Assembly: GCA_964016885.1 (NCBI GenBank)
Contig: OZ024742.1
Span: 51,770,001-51,834,000 of the forward strand
Source of the DNA: Eledone cirrhosa
Lineage: Eukaryota
Reading direction: 5' to 3'
Length of the DNA: 64,000 bases
Under the pieces are notes generated by a model. That model was given only the letters and a program-made list of their open reading frames with translations, had not been told where the DNA came from and made no database searches. Numbering within the stretch: the stretch's first letter is position 1; each line of letters opens with the position of its first letter. Positions 11,927 through 26,600 of the stretch are shown here, in pieces. The translations under genes were made by a program, and so were the position numbers.

Positions 11927-12922
11927 TCACTCACCCTTCGCCTCCTGGGGACCAGGCCGCACGATTTCCATGGGGGTGTTGGAGGGGTTGTCTGGATGGG
12001 TGGTGGTTTCCGGCGGGGTGGGGACGCAGATGTTTGGTGGGGTGGGGTCTGGTGGAATGGGGGTGTCTGGGGTGGGGAGGCATTTGAGAAGGACGCGGTT
12101 GAGTGGTTTCACGCAGGAATTCCCCACATCCTTCTCAAATGTTTCTTTTAGGGACCTATAAGTTTGTATAGGGACCCTAATCAGTTTTAGGTTCAGTTTT
12201 TTGCTATTTTTTATAGAGTGGGCGAAAGTTTTCCCTTCGGTGAAAACCGAAGGGTCGTTCGTGATGGTCTCCATTAGTGTTTTGTTTTCAGTGTTTATGT
12301 AAGTGTAAGTGTAATTTTCTTGTGTTGTGTTTGTTTTTGTCTGTAGTTCTTGTGTGTGCTTTCGTTTTGTTGTAGGTATTTTGTTTTCAGGAGGTGGGGG
12401 TTTTGTTTGTGATATTTTTGTTGTTTGTGTTGGTGGTTGTATGTTTGTGGTAGTGTTTGCTGGTTTTTTGCTTTTGTGATGTCTTTTCTTTCTTTTCGAG
12501 CGATGGGGTTCTCCCTCGTCTTCACTGGGTGATGGCGAGATAGCCTCATCTGTTGTATCGTCTGTGTGATTGGGGAGGGGTATGTCTTGGGGAGCTGTTG
12601 TGTCTGTATGTGATTTTGCAGTGGTTTTAGGTGGAGTGGGGTTGGGTGGGACTGTGTTTGTTGTGGTTATTTTTGTGTGTTGGTGTTGTTGTTGTGGTGG
12701 TGTTGGTGGTTGTGTTGTTTTGATGGGTGTCGGCAGAAGAGCCTTTTTTTGGTTCATTAGTTTAGGACAGGAAGCCCTCAGGTGACCCCTGCTAAAGCAA
12801 TGGTAACATGAAGGCCGCCTACCCTCAACCGAAAGGTTTATGTAGGTAAGTCCGTCCAGGAGTACACGCTGTGGGATCATAGCTATTCGCTCTGGGCTCA
12901 TTTGCACAAGAAAAGGGGACAT
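11927..12922 (-). CDS. Tx1-type ORF1 (gag-like), 5'-truncated
   Basis: CYHCFSRGHLRASC zinc knuckle with a Pro/Thr-rich tail, lying 33 nt upstream of ORF2. Confidence 0.85.
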   Translation of the reverse strand: MSPFLVQMSPERIAMIPQRVLLDGLTYINLSVEGRRPSCYHCFSRGHLRASCPKLMNQKKALLPTPIKTTQPPTPPQQQHQHTKITTTNTVPPNPTPPKTTAKSHTDTTAPQDIPLPNHTDDTTDEAISPSPSEDEGEPHRSKRKKRHHKSKKPANTTTNIQPPTQTTKISQTKPPPPENKIPTTKRKHTQELQTKTNTTQENYTYTYINTENKTLMETITNDPSVFTEGKTFAHSIKNSKKLNLKLIRVPIQTYRSLKETFEKDVGNSCVKPLNRVLLKCLPTPDTPIPPDPTPPNICVPTPPETTTHPDNPSNTPMEIVRPGPQEAKGE

Positions 12923-12945
12923 GCCGGGGATTTTACATACACTCA

Positions 12946-12966
12946 GATAGATGGATAGATAGATAA

Positions 12967-13052
<86 letters not shown>

Positions 13053-13075
13053 GATAGATAGATAGATAGATAGAT
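12946..13075. repeat. (GATA)n microsatellite
   Basis: Directly visible. Confidence 0.98.
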
Positions 13076-13289
13076 TTTATCATATAAGATTTATAAACTC
13101 ATACCAATAAGGTATCAGTCACTGTATACTAACGATCATGAAGTTCAATAGATACAGCTTTCGATCATCAATTACAATCTGACCAATTCATCAAGAAACA
13201 AATATAGAAATCAAACATATATTTGCAATCCATTAAACACAACATTAATAATAACAACAGCAGCCATAATAATAGTAATAATAATCATG

Positions 13290-15912
13290 ATTTCATTTAT
13301 TAGCCACAAGGGCCGACATGTAGGGGACAATACAAAGACAGGGACAGTGGGGTTTACAATAAGGTCGAGTAAAAGTGCTCAATGGCAAGACTAATTTAAC
13401 AATGAAGATATAAAAATATAAAATAAACTATGCATAAATATAACAAAATAAGTTCCCCTATAGGGGGTGGACGACCAAGGGGTGACTCAGGTACCCCACC
13501 AATCCTGAACCACCCTGCGCTTCTAGGGCAGCCAGGGAGAGCACCCGTCTCCTGAAGTTAGCTAGCCTATAGGCGCATGGTCAGAGTAGACCCATTCACA
13601 CGAGCCATTCTCGCCACATTCATCCACCTTTTAGCAAATGTACTGGGGGGGCAGACCTTCTCTCTCCATCCTCACCTTCCTTTCCAGGTGAAACTTGAAG
13701 AAGTTGATGAGGGATTGGCCGAAGAGAAAAGTGTCTGTCTTCAGTCCTTTTAATCTGGTCCACCATATAACCTCTTTCGCAACGGCCACCAGACAGAGGA
13801 AAATTGCCTGCTCTTCCTGACCTGAGGAAGGCGGCGGGTCGATCTTCACTATGGACTCGGCCGATAGCCGGATCCGTTCCAGACGCGACAGTAGCTGTTC
13901 GACATAACTACACAAGTCAATAATGCACGGACATTGGACAAGTGCATGCAGAACGGTTTCGTCGCTCTGTACGCATCTTGGGCAGGTCCGTCTGACAGCA
14001 CTTCTGTGCCTGTAGAGTTTATCCCGAACCGGCAGTGCCCCCCGGTAGCACTGCCAAGCGAGGGATTTCTGGAAATTGTCCATCGACCCGGCTCGAAAAT
14101 CCTCCGGTATAGACTGGTCAGTTCGACTTCGTCGAGGCCCAAATCTTCCCCGAGTGCGTCATCGCACTTGCCCACCACTAATCCTCTATAGAACTCAAGA
14201 GTGGAAGTTCCACTGATCGTATTGTCCGCTTGGTAGAGGGCAGTGTGTGCTGGCAACATTCCAGGTGCCAGTCACCCAGTCTCGGTCTATTCTTGACCTA
14301 GGACTGCAGCTCAGTCAAAGAAACGAGCTGCGGAAAGGCCTGTCTGATGAACGGCGACCACACCTGTTCACCGTTTAGGCAGAATATCTGGAGATGTCGC
14401 AGCCTCAGCGCAGGGCTGCGCATTATTAGCCACGACATGCCCAGCTCTCCGTGTAGAGGGTGCTGGCAGCAGATGGACCGCCTCACCAACGGAATTTGTC
14501 CTTTCCAGAAGAATTTGAAGAGAAGCCGTTCCAACTTGACGAGGGGCGTTGGTCAGGCGGTAGTAGATGACGGACGCGATGTACGCATTCGCCACCTGCG
14601 CGCGACCTTTCAGTGATAGCCTCCTCCCAGCCCATTTTTGGGTGAGACTGGCTACTTTGCTCGTTACCTCGTCCCAATTCTTTTCCACCTGGAGGTCTGG
14701 TCCGAACCAAACCCCGACCAACTTTACTAGTCCGTCCGTCCAGCGCCCCACGAGGCTGTTGGACAGCATAGGCTTGCCTCTCCAGGTTCCGAGCTGCAAG
14801 CCCACCGACTTTTACGGGTTAAGTTTGGCTCCTGTCAAACTTTCATATTCCTTTAAAAAGGTGCCGACCACATCGATTTCCGAGGTGTCCGACACCTTCA
14901 CGGTGATGTCGTCTGCATAAGCCGACACCGCCTTTCTACGTCCCGGTTCGAGTGAGATGCCTTGCAACAGCTCCAGCTTTCGCAGTAAAGGCTCGAGAGT
15001 CAATACGTACAGAAAGGAAGAGGGAGGGCACCCCTCACGGACCGATCGGGAGAAATGGTTCCGAGAGGTGGCCATTAACCTTGACCACCGAGCGTGTGCC
15101 GCTGTGCATTGCAGCGATGCAAATTCTGAAGACAGGGCCGAAGCCAGCTGCTTTGAGGACAAACTCCAAATACCGATGGTCGACCCTCACGAATGCTTTT
15201 GATTGATCTAAATTAATCAGTGCCCCACCGAAGCCAGGTTTACACCCTACCCTCTCTATGATGTATCGCATGAGGTGGAGATTGTCGTGTATGGACCTGG
15301 CTGGGATTGCACAAGTTTGCGCCTCCCCAACCAAATACTCGACGACAAGTGCCAATCTCTTTGCTAACACCTTGCCCAAAATCTTAAACTCTATGTTGAG
15401 CAGATTTATGGGCCTGAAGTTGTCTATTGTATCCCTCTTGTTCTCGTCTTTCCTTATCAGCGTCACCTCTCCCCTGCTCAAAGAACTGGGAATACACCCA
15501 TTCTGCTGCCAGTTGCAGTAGAGTGCTTCGAGGAGATCGGAGAACAAGTCTGGCATATTTACGTAAAGCTCATAGGGCAGACCATCCAAACCGGTGACTA
15601 GCACGTCATGCAGCCGACAAGGGCGTCCTGAATTTCGGCTAAAGTAATCGGCCTTTCGCAGCACTCAGTGTCGACCCTCGAGATGCGCGGCAAGCCCCCA
15701 AGGTAGGGACTGAAATCTGCTACTATCTCTGACTCGCCACTCTCCCCGAAGAACCGAGCAATGTGCTGGCGAAAGGCCTCACACACCGCTTGGAATTGCT
15801 TATCTCGTGTCCATTTCGGTCCGCCAAAGACCGAATTCTGGTTTTATTACCACCCTGCGCCTCTGCCACGCAGGCCCATCGAACAGCTTTCGTACCCTCG
15901 TTTCTCAGCGCA
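13290..15912 (-). mobile_element. Tx1/L1-clade LINE copy 3 (diverged subfamily, frameshifted ORF2), inserted in (TAA)n
   Basis: ORF fragments homologous to ORF2 but with a different 3'UTR. CATAATAATA(G/A)TAATA lies on both flanks (13265, 15913). Confidence 0.92.
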
Positions 15913-15929
15913 CATAATAATAATAATAT

Positions 15930-16378
15930 ATGGGGTATTTCACACAAACAGCGACACAGACGGATTATATGTACCAAGAAAAAGAGGAGGGGGAGAACTG
16001 ATAGGATGTGAAGACATCATTAAAACAGAAGAAAATAACATGGCGTTGTACATAGAACATTCCATAGAACCGCTGTTGCTTGAATAAGAATGTCAGAACT
16101 GTGCAAAATAGAAGATTACAAAGAAGAAACATGGTACAATCATTTTAAGATGGCTAAAACTGAAAGTAGATGAACATAAAATAGAATTTTGGACAATTCC
16201 ATATAGATGTTGAAGATGGGACAGACAGAGAAAAGAGGTTGTTATGGATGGCTAAAAGTCATCTAAAGCTGGAAATAGAAGCCTTAATCTGTGTTGCACA
16301 AGAACTATGATTAAGGACTAACTACATCAAACATAGTGTAGACCACACAACAGAATGCTGTAAGTGTAGAATTTGCCC
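15930..16378 (+). mobile_element. R4/Dong-clade non-LTR retrotransposon fragment
   Basis: HTNSDTDGLYVPRKRGGG and LWMAKSHLKLEIEALICVAQE..TNYIK..CRIC resemble R4/Dong C-terminal motifs. It begins right after (TAA)n. Confidence 0.65.
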
Positions 16379-16652
16379 TCTATATATTTCTACCACAATG
16401 TACTGTACAGTATTGCCGCAAGCGGGTAAGGGTGAACTGTTGTTGGAAGAGACACTGCTGCAGACCGATTATTGAACTGCTCTACAGTGAAGGGACTTCC
16501 GGATAAGCGGCTAAGGAGACCTGGATTTTAGGGACATATCGCTCCTTCTTATACGTTGTAAATAATTGTCACATAATGAACAACAGTTCAACAAAACACA
16601 GTTTAAATATAACTTGACAAAACAATAGTACCAGCTGTCTGAAGTTCTCATC

Positions 16653-16733
<81 letters not shown>

Positions 16734-16929
16734 GCCTGCCCCCTCGTTATCGAGTATGGCAATTGCACCATATAAAATTATTATTAATTATTAATTAATT
16801 CTATCGTACAATGCCTGTGCGTGAAGATATTTTTTTTAAATGAGTAAAGACTGTGCACTGAGCCAATTCCACTCTCTGAGCGACAGTAGCTATAACCCGA
16901 AAAGAAGAAAAGATCAACATCATCGGTTA

Positions 16930-17080
16930 CTACTGAGCCGCAGGTTTTATATCGGGTTATCCCAGTTTCCCGAGTTGGCTTCTCCTAGAAGAATGCCCTG
17001 ACAAAGGCTAGGGGTTCTTCACTCCCAGTGGTTTAACCGCGTGATCGGGTGTCTAGCCCGACTACTTCTATGTCCACTGG
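16930..17080 (-). mobile_element. Probable RTE 5'UTR fragment
   Basis: CCTTTGTCAGGGCATTCTTCTAGGAGAAGCCAACTC...AAACC resembles the RTE 5'UTR block as I recall it. Not verified. Confidence 0.35.
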
Positions 17081-17193
17081 AATATACATACACATGCACC
17101 CATGTATATACACATATACATATATACATGCATATGTACATATATATATACATATTTACACACTTTTATGTATGTATGTGTATATATATATAT

Positions 17194-18190
17194 TAGGGTG
17201 TTCCAGAATCCAACATTTTACACAAAAGTGTTTTTTTCTTAGCTCCCTATTCATTTCCTCATGCCATTTTGTATATTATCAATTTATCATGTAATTTTGA
17301 TTATTTCAGACTAATTTAAGCCTTTCCTATTAGTTTCAAATTGGCAGAATAATGGCGAAAACCTGTGGGCCTAGTTGTAGCTACTCGCTCCGTTGTGATG
17401 GTCGAGAAATATGGCTCCTGGGGAAATATGTTACATCCTTTTCACCAAACATACCAACAAAGGGGGATGTTCTAAGATATTTCTTCTACCTGAAAGATGG
17501 TCATATGAAACACGAAAAGCATGAGAGCTTCAACGGTGCTACTGCGGATAGGCTTGTAATGGAAGTAGTTAGTCAGTGGGAAAAAGCCGGTGTGGTGCCT
17601 CAACGAAAAGACAAAGTGAAAGTGAAAATTATGAACATGTACAGTGAATACAGAAATTTACAATAAAGCAAAGGTTCTAAGTCAAACAAAAAAAGGAAAC
17701 ACTATTTATTTCTGAATTGAATTCGTATTTCTACATTGCACACACTGATGCTGAAAAGAAAATTTTGAAAGACCGTCTTCGTAATAATGAACAGAAAATG
17801 TAAGATGCTACATATCTTGAAGCCCTGCGTTGCCAGAAAAAAGTATTTTCAAAGTTTAAGCGTGATCAGGTTTCTGTGGCTCGTCGAGAGTCAGTGAACC
17901 ATAGAAAGCGTTTGTCAGGATCTGTAGCAGCACAACTTCCACGTAATGAACTGAGTGATTCAAGTTCAACCAATGATGAAATTGAAGATGAACAGGATCC
18001 TGCATTTCAGGCCTCAAACCCAGATGTACAGCTAAGAAGATCAGAACTGTGGGGGCTGAACACATAAAGGAACAATTTGTTGTCTGTACCAAACTGTGTT
18101 ATCTTGCATTGGGATGACAAAATAATTCCTGGTTACCACGGGAGGCTAGGTGTGCTAGTTGCTGGAACTCCGGACTTCAGATGGCTGTCA
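17194..18190 (+). mobile_element. Degenerate hATm-like DNA transposon (left end + transposase fragments)
   Basis: Starts TAGGGTG next to (TA)n. ORF 17352-17666 reads PTKGDVLRY..WEKAG. LHWDDKII at ~18103 resembles the HWDGK catalytic motif. Confidence 0.6.
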
Positions 18191-19121
18191 CTGAAATATA
18201 TATAGCAGTAATAAACGAAGCTAAATTTTAATCATTTGACTTTTATTTAACTTTATTTTACACTACTCCGGAGTAACCAAACCAACCTGCGCACTTCGTC
18301 GAGTGCTCCAGTCTGCATACTTAGGTGTTGGTATACAACCAACATAAACTCAAAATATATATATATCGATTCCTGGACCAGGCGATGCGTTATGTCCTTG
18401 AGCAAGACACTTTATTTCACGTTGCTCCTTCTACCAGGAGTTGCGACCGATAGATTGTATTAGCAATTGGAAAGACCAACGGAAACATTGTTCCCTCGGT
18501 CCGATTTGACAAAAGTCGATCGTTCCTATATATACTGTGTATATATAAACTTTACGGAGTTTACTGTAAAGTTCATTACATACGTTACTTCTCAGCCACC
18601 ATGAATATGGCGCACTGCTGGAGCGGCAGTAAAGTTGCAAGAAAACCAGCAGTAACAGCGATAACAGTGACGATGAAAACAAGTCAAGAACATTGAATCG
18701 CCAAACGTGTTTATAGCGAAGGAAATATTTCAGTTCAATAAAATTATTTCATTTGTATTGTTATATTTTTTTCATATAACAAAAAACAAACGTTATATTA
18801 TTTCCATTTTTTCTTCAGTTTTATTTTCAAATCTTTAATTTTAACATGGCTTTCGAAACAATTCTAACACGTGTCCCATATGTTGTATCGTAACGCTCAA
18901 CTAAATCTCAGACTAATCTCTGACCTGATAGAAATAGCATCAAACTGTTGAGTAAATAACAATCTATTTTCCTTAGAGAAAATAAATGTAGTCCTTTTGA
19001 CAGTGCATAAATATATCCTATTTTATCATGCGTCTACTAAATCTTATATTACAAAATCCCATGTACCTAAGGACTTATCCCCGTTCCGTTTCGCTAATGG
19101 TAATCGTCCAACTCTATCTCA

Positions 19122-19249
<128 letters not shown>

Positions 19250-19284
19250 ATATATATATGTATGTATATATATATATGTATATA

Positions 19285-19380
<96 letters not shown>

Positions 19381-19410
19381 TATACATACATATATATATG
19401 TATATATACA

Positions 19411-19484
<74 letters not shown>

Positions 19485-19730
19485 CATATATATATAAAAG
19501 CTTCACGGCACAGGCATTGCTTTATATCTGGAGATCTCTCTGCACTTGTCGTCACATGGAACCATGGGCCCAGCACTATATGTCAATAATTGTCACAAGT
19601 GTACTGTTTGTACCTGAGTTTTCAAGTCGCTGGCTGGACTAAAAAGTCACACTCGTTCAGCGCATTGGTAGGGGTTCTCCTACATGGATATAAAGTAGTG
19701 GCCGTACTCGAAAACGAATTGGAAGCCTCC

Positions 19731-19807
<77 letters not shown>

Positions 19808-21454
19808 AATATATATATATGTATGTATGTATGTATTTGTATGTGTATATATATATATATATATATATAAATTTATACTCAATATTCTATGAGACTTTAT
19901 GAGGAAATACATAAGTTATGTCCCTTGATATGTTTCGGTGAAAATTCGGTACACCGACAAAACAAAAAGTAAAATATATTTTATTAAACTAATACAAACT
20001 GAAACGTAAAATGTAATTCATCTCCTTTAGAAAGTTTTCAGCAATTCACGCTAAATGCCTAGCCGAAAGTATATATGAAATAAACTAACATACACATTTC
20101 TTGGAATCAAACAGAATTTAAAGAAGCTTTATGTTCCCGCTGAGTTAGAACTCACCAATTAGAATCCTGGATTTTACTTCTTTCTTTTTTCACCAATTAT
20201 TTGAAATGAAATTTTCATTATACGTTCCTGAAGCAGGATAATGAAATGAAAAAAATAGATTTCCCATGACGGTCCATAGTAATTAGTTATTTTTATATTA
20301 TCCCCTATAACATTCTGTATAGAGAGAAAGAGCGTAACCAAGAGAATAAAATATAATTTATGGAAACTCACAGCTTAATAATTTCCTGTACAAATAGCCA
20401 AATATACGTATATTCCCATGCACACATGCTGTTATGAACAATAGAAGAGTAACTCTTACAAAACAGGCTGACACGGATATAGTTCCATTAGTTCTTTACA
20501 TTCTCTTGTGCAATCTATTCTATTTCAGATACGCAAACTTTGAAGAAATCTTCTTCCACCTGTCAGCAATAATATTTCTGTAAGCAATAGAACCAAGGAG
20601 AAAACAATTCTCTTTATTTGCTCTCTTTTCATATGATGCCAATCTGCGCATACTTGGTGTATTTTCGCGAAAGCTATCTTTTTTTTTTTCAATTAACTAG
20701 GTTTACACTTCAATACATATAAATACCAACTGTAGATGAGCATGTCTGTCTAACACACTACAACCACTAGTAGGCAACTATCTATTAAATAGATATTACA
20801 GATATCCCACCTCTGCTTAAATAGCAAGCTATTGGTCACTTCAATTCATGCTCGAAATTTTGATTTGCTTGTGCCCTTGCTACAATCAATATTTTACAAT
20901 GCTCAACACCAAATATATGTATCCCATAAACTACAGTGAAGATGCGTGGTTTACTGATTACGGATATTTGGTTCATAATCGTAAGGTATGAGTTTCGAAT
21001 TTTGGGCTTAGCAAAGCGTTGTGTCCTTGGGCAAGACACTTTATTTTGCGTTGACTCAGTTTGCTCAGCTGCTAAAATTAGTCGTGCCCATAGTTCAAAT
21101 ACTCAGCCATGTCACAAAATGTAATGCATTGAATCTCATTCAGAAAAATATTAACGCTACGCGAATCTATAGAACGCTAATGTGTAGAACGTAATTTTAA
21201 TCTGTAGAACGCTAATCTGTAAAACGTAATTTTACGGGCATGTGATACCGTTCATCAAACAACCAAAATATTTGGCGGCGTAACCAGGAACATCCAACAC
21301 CCAAACTATTTAAAATCCTACAATAGAGATATCCATCAAATCAGATACAAGTTAATTATCAACGTATGACACTTTACATGTCAAACCTACCATAGACTTT
21401 CTTCCTTCTTCCTGCAGTTTGATTTATATGAAATACAACAATTATTTATGATGA

Positions 21455-21665
21455 AGTTGTTTGGGTGCATTGGTAGAGCGTCGTAAGATACGCTTTGCAG
21501 TATATAGTTACAGCCCTTTACATTCTGAGTTCAAATTCCGCCAAGATTAGATTTGACCGTCGAACTTACGGAGTCGATAAAATAAGCTGTTATTAACGCG
21601 CTGATGTTGACTTAATCGACTCCCCCTCCCACCCCAAACAAAAAAATTGTTGGGCTTGTGCTTAA
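21455..21665 (+). mobile_element. tRNA-derived SINE (diverged)
   Basis: B box GAGTTCAAATTC and GGAGTCGATAAAATAAG. Homologous to 27383-27572. Confidence 0.7.
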
Positions 21666-21952
21666 AACCCCTCGCCTGGGCCTGCAGGTGTTGGGTAAAA
21701 TAAATTCGCCCCTTTTTGGGGCGAAATTTAATAGTTATAATTTAATAGTTTAATAGTTATAATTTAATAGTTATAAGTTGTCTATGAAAATTCGTTTAGC
21801 GATAATGGATTCCATTAATACATCGCATACGACATATGCCCCGCACCCAAGGAAAGTGATAGAGAGAAGGTAGCAGCACAACGCTCTAAGTCTTCCCTCC
21901 TCACTCCTGCAAAAGACACCATGAACATGGAATTAAAATAAAAATTTGTGAA

Positions 21953-23621
21953 ATGGGTGCAAACCCCAAAAGTTACAACTACGCAAACAAGAACAACAAT
22001 GACAATAACAACACAACCAACAACAGCAATAATGACAACACCAACAAAGGAAAAAATGAAGTCAACACGAATAACAACAACAACCATGATAACAACAACA
22101 ACACCAAAGAAAACGGACCCACAACTGGCGTCTCTTTCGCACAGGCGGTCCGAGAAAGGCAAACATACAAGGCACTGGATATCTCAAATGCCAAGGAATT
22201 GCTAAAAGAAGCAAGAAATTGTGTAACTTTCGGGGAAGGTGGGGAATTTACAATTACCTCCTCCCAAGAAATTAGAAGAGACACAATCCTGAGGACCATA
22301 ACCTTCAGGACAATTTCCAACACAACTAGCAAACCGGCTCAATTATCCCAAAGCGAAATTGAGCTGGTCCTAAATAGTGCATGGAAAGATAACGCTTTCA
22401 TACAGAAAGGGAAACTGTATGGAAGCATATCTGTTTTAACGAAAGATCAATTGCCGGCACAGAAATATTCCGTGTCGCCAATTGTATCCAAATCATACAT
22501 CTTTTTACCCACATATTTGTGGAAAATAACACAAAAGATAAGAATCTCGGGCATCAGGCCAAATGCGAGCATTTAGTGGGTGGGAATGGGATTCTTAGAA
22601 GATGAGGACACAATCCTTTCGATAGGCATATTTGGCGGCAATAGCCTTGAAGTTCTGGTCCAAATGAGACCAGAACAGATAGCAAGAATACCGCAGCGTG
22701 TGTCCCTGGATGGATTCGCCTTGATAAACATTTCTGTTGAGAGCAGGCGGCCTTCATGCTACCACTGTTCAAGAAGTGGTCACCTGAGGGCTTTCTGTCC
22801 TCGTTTAAATGCCCCCCCCCCCGACGCTTCTGCCCACCCCACACACAACAACAGAACCACCACCACCACAACAACAACAACCACAACAACATGAAAAAAT
22901 AACAACACAAGACACTGTCCCACCCAACCCAACCCCACCTAAAACAAATACAAAAGCACCCGCAACCACAACAAATCCACAAAATATACCCCTTCCCAAC
23001 AACACGAACGAGGACTCCTTATCAAGGTCACCCAGTGACGACGAGGGAGAACCCTTTCAACCAGTAAAAAGAAAGAAAAGAAGGCACCACATTAACAAAA
23101 ATGCAACAAACACACAATCACCAGCACAAACAGAACAAACATCACAAACAAAAACCACCCCTCCCGAAAACATAACACATACTACAAAACGCAAACACAC
23201 ACAAGAACAACAAACAAAAACAAACACAACACAACAAAAACAGTATACATACATCAACACAAACAACAACACACTTTTACAAACAATAAACAAAGACCCT
23301 TCGGTGGAAACCGAAGGGGAAATGTTCACCAACGCGGCGAATAAGCCGCATTTAAAAATGATTAGGGTCCTAAGGGACACCTACGCAATGCTCAAACACA
23401 ACTTTCCCGGGTACGTGGAGAACCCCTGTACTAGACCTATCAAACGCGTCCTTTTGAAATGTTTCCCCACCACCACCGCAGACAAGCCTTCCCCACCAAA
23501 AAACCCCACCCCACCACACAGTGATGTCCCCACCACATCCCAAACCACTAACCCACCAAACAAACCCTACAACACCCCCACGGAAATTGTGCAGACTGGT
23601 CCCCAGGAGAAGGAGAGGTAG
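21953..23621 (+). pseudogene. Tx1 ORF1 with stop and frameshift
   Basis: Asn-rich N-terminus, SFAQAV, CYHCSRSGHLRAFC. The C-terminus is homologous to 11927-12922. Confidence 0.85.
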
Positions 23622-23661
23622 GTGTCTTTTCCTTTTCTCCACTTTAACACTTCACCACAGC

Positions 23662-26600
23662 ATGGCTGTTATAAGAGTTGGATGTTTAAATGTGCGCGGC
23701 CTGGGGATGTCCTGGAAGCAGGGCAAACTCTTAAATGACCTCAGGTCGCACAGAATGGATGTAATAGCTATTTGTGAGTTCAGGATCAGCAGCGACCACC
23801 AACTAGCCCCCATTTTCGACGGCTTTGAGATCTATACATCTCTCTGTCAGCTGGATGGTGGGGGTGGGGTTGTCGTTCTGCTGCGAAAACACCTGGGCCT
23901 CGCAACACGGAAGGTACACCTGGACACGGAGGGTCGACTGGTGGTTCTAGACGTCGGTAGTAGTGAAGGTGGAGCCTACAGGCTGGTGGCAGCGTGTGTC
24001 CCATCTGGGAAACTGCGACCGGACTTCTTCCAACGTCTAGAGACTTTTCTGGGAACGTCCGGCTCCTTGCTTTTAGTGGGAGACTGGAATGGTTTTCTGG
24101 ATACACGTTGGGACTATTTATGGGCATGTCCCGATAGAGGGGGGTGTAACAGTCTCAAAGGGTTAATCGGCCGATTTGACCTGGCCGATAGATATCGACT
24201 AGATTTTCCGACTGTGCCACTGTGGACGTGGACTAATCGTCGCGAAACTTCTGGGACGTAACTAGGTAGGTTCCTAGTTAAAAATAAGGATAGGGATATT
24301 AAGCTGTCCACTTAAGCTGTCCACGAATGTTCATGGTGACTATTCGGATCACAAGTTACTGACCTGCGTAGTCAACCTTCATAGAACCCATAGACACAGA
24401 CCCGGTTACTGGAAGCTAAAGACAAACAAAGCTTACAGTAAACGGATTAGCACTCTAGTTAAGAAGCGGTTGACGGGGGCAATTGTCAACAGCAGGTGGT
24501 GGGGCTCTCTCAAGAGAGCAATTAGAATAGAATCGATAGGTTTTAGTCAAGAATTAGCATTAGATAGGAATAGAACTGAAAGAGAATTGATAGATAGAGT
24601 AGAAGAGGCGATTAGGAGTAGCAACGTGGCCGGCGTGCTGGCATCAAGAACGGCCCTAGCCCAGTTGTTTGACGCGAAGCACGAGGGCTGCGTCGTCAGG
24701 AGTAAAATACGTGCTCTGAGTAACGAGGGAGCCAAAGCTGTTAGCTGGGCCCGAGTGACAGAGACACAAAGTGGAAACAAGTTCACGATTCGGTCTTTGA
24801 AGGAACAGGATGGACGTGTGATCCTTGAACCTGAGCGGATGTGCTCGGCCTTTCAGCGGCGCTTTGCACGACTGTTCGGGAGGGGCGGCGGGCCGGGTGA
24901 GACCATGTATTTCGGTCCATACCTCGACGGTCTGCCGCTGCTCTCGGACGGGGAGGGGGAGTCCTGCGAAAGGCCAATTTCAGCCGCTGAAATAGGGGAA
25001 GCGCTGAGCCGATGCGGCAAACGCATATCTCCGGGTCTTGATGGTCTACCATACGAAATTTATGTAGCGATGCGGGGCATGTTCTCCGATCTCTTCGAGG
25101 CGGTCTACTGGAACCGGCAACAGAACGGGAGAATTCCCAGTTCTGTGACCAAGGGCGTAGTCACGCTAGTAAGGAAGGGTGAGAATAAGGGGGATGACAT
25201 AGATAACTTCAGGCCCATAACTCTGCTAAATACAGAGTTAAAGATGTGGGCCAAGGTGTTAGCCAAGAGATTGGCGCTTGTCGTCGGGAACCTGGTGGGG
25301 GAAGCACAGACATGTGCAATCCCGTCCAGGTCAATACACGACAACCTCCACCTCATGCAATACACCGTCGAGAGGGTAGGGAATAAATCCGGCTTTCGTG
25401 GGGCCCTGATCAACTTGGATCAATCTATTGCGTTCGATAGGGTCGACCATCGTTACCTGGATGCGGTGCTCGCGGCGGCAGTTTTTTTAGCCGTCCTCAG
25501 GGGGCCGGATTTCTGCAATACACAGCAGCAACACCTGTTCGAGGGTCAAGGTGAACGGCTACTTCTCGGAGCCGTTCCAAATCACGTGATCCATCCGACA
25601 GGGATGCCCTCTCTCCTCCATCTTGTATGTGCTGGCTCTCGAGCCACTACTGCGGAAGTTGGAGCTGTTACAGTACATTCTCTTGGAACCGGGATTGCGG
25701 AAAGCGGTGTCGGCCTACGCCGATGACCTGACAGTAATGGTGTCGTGCTCCTCGGAGATCGGAGAGATCGGCACCTTACTGGAGGAATACGAAAGATTTA
25801 CAGGAGCCAAGCTGAACCAGGACAAGTCCGTCGGTTTGCAACTCCGAACGTGGAGAGGCACACCGATGCCCTCCGACGGCGTTGTCGGAGGCTGGACGAA
25901 GGGACCGGTGAAGCTGCTCGGGGTCTGGTTTGGACCAGACCTCCAGGTGGAGAAAAACTTGGACGAGGTAACGGGCAGGGTGTTTGCACGCGCCCAGAAG
26001 TGGGCCGAGTGCAAACAATCCCTGTTAGGTCTATTGAAGGTGGCAAACACTTATATAGCGTCCGTCATATACTACCGCTTGCCCCTCGTGACTTGCCCAG
26101 CGGAAACGCTTGCCAAAATGGAGCGCGCGCTCTTCCAATTCCTTTGGAAGAAGTGGGCCCATTTGGTGAGAAGATCCATCTGCTGTCAACACCCTTCAAA
26201 CGAAGGGCTGAGGATACCATGGCTGACAATGCGTAAACACGCATTAAGGCTACGGCACCTCCAGGTATTCCTCACCGGTCAACCGGTGTGGGCCCCTTTT
26301 GTGAGGCGAACCTTTCCGAGACTCGTCTCATTCATCGAGCTGCAATCCTGGGTCTAGCAAAGATGAGAAAAGTGGGCGACTGGCACATTGAATGTACCCA
26401 GGCGCTCACGGCGCTCTGGCAAGCGGATCCGACTTAGTGGAGACTCCAACTCAATATTCTATAGAGGGTTGGTGCGCAGCAAGTGCGACGATGCTCTCGG
26501 AGAAGCTCTGGGCATGGAGGGAGACGAACTAGCCAGTCTGTTCGGTAGGCCGTTTGGCCCGGGACCAATGGACAACTTCCAAAATTCCCTGGCTTGGCAG

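Larger units (their letters stand above)
8332..12947 (-). mobile_element. Tx1/L1-clade LINE copy 2 (partial ORF1 + ORF2), flanked by (GATA)n on both sides
   Basis: ORF1 with CCHC knuckle, ORF2 APE-RT-zinc finger, AATAAA at the 3' end. Confidence 0.95.

Noticed and set aside
21650-21735. HDV-like ribozyme at the Tx1 5' end
   Set aside because: P1 would need four G-U pairs and no P2 could be found.
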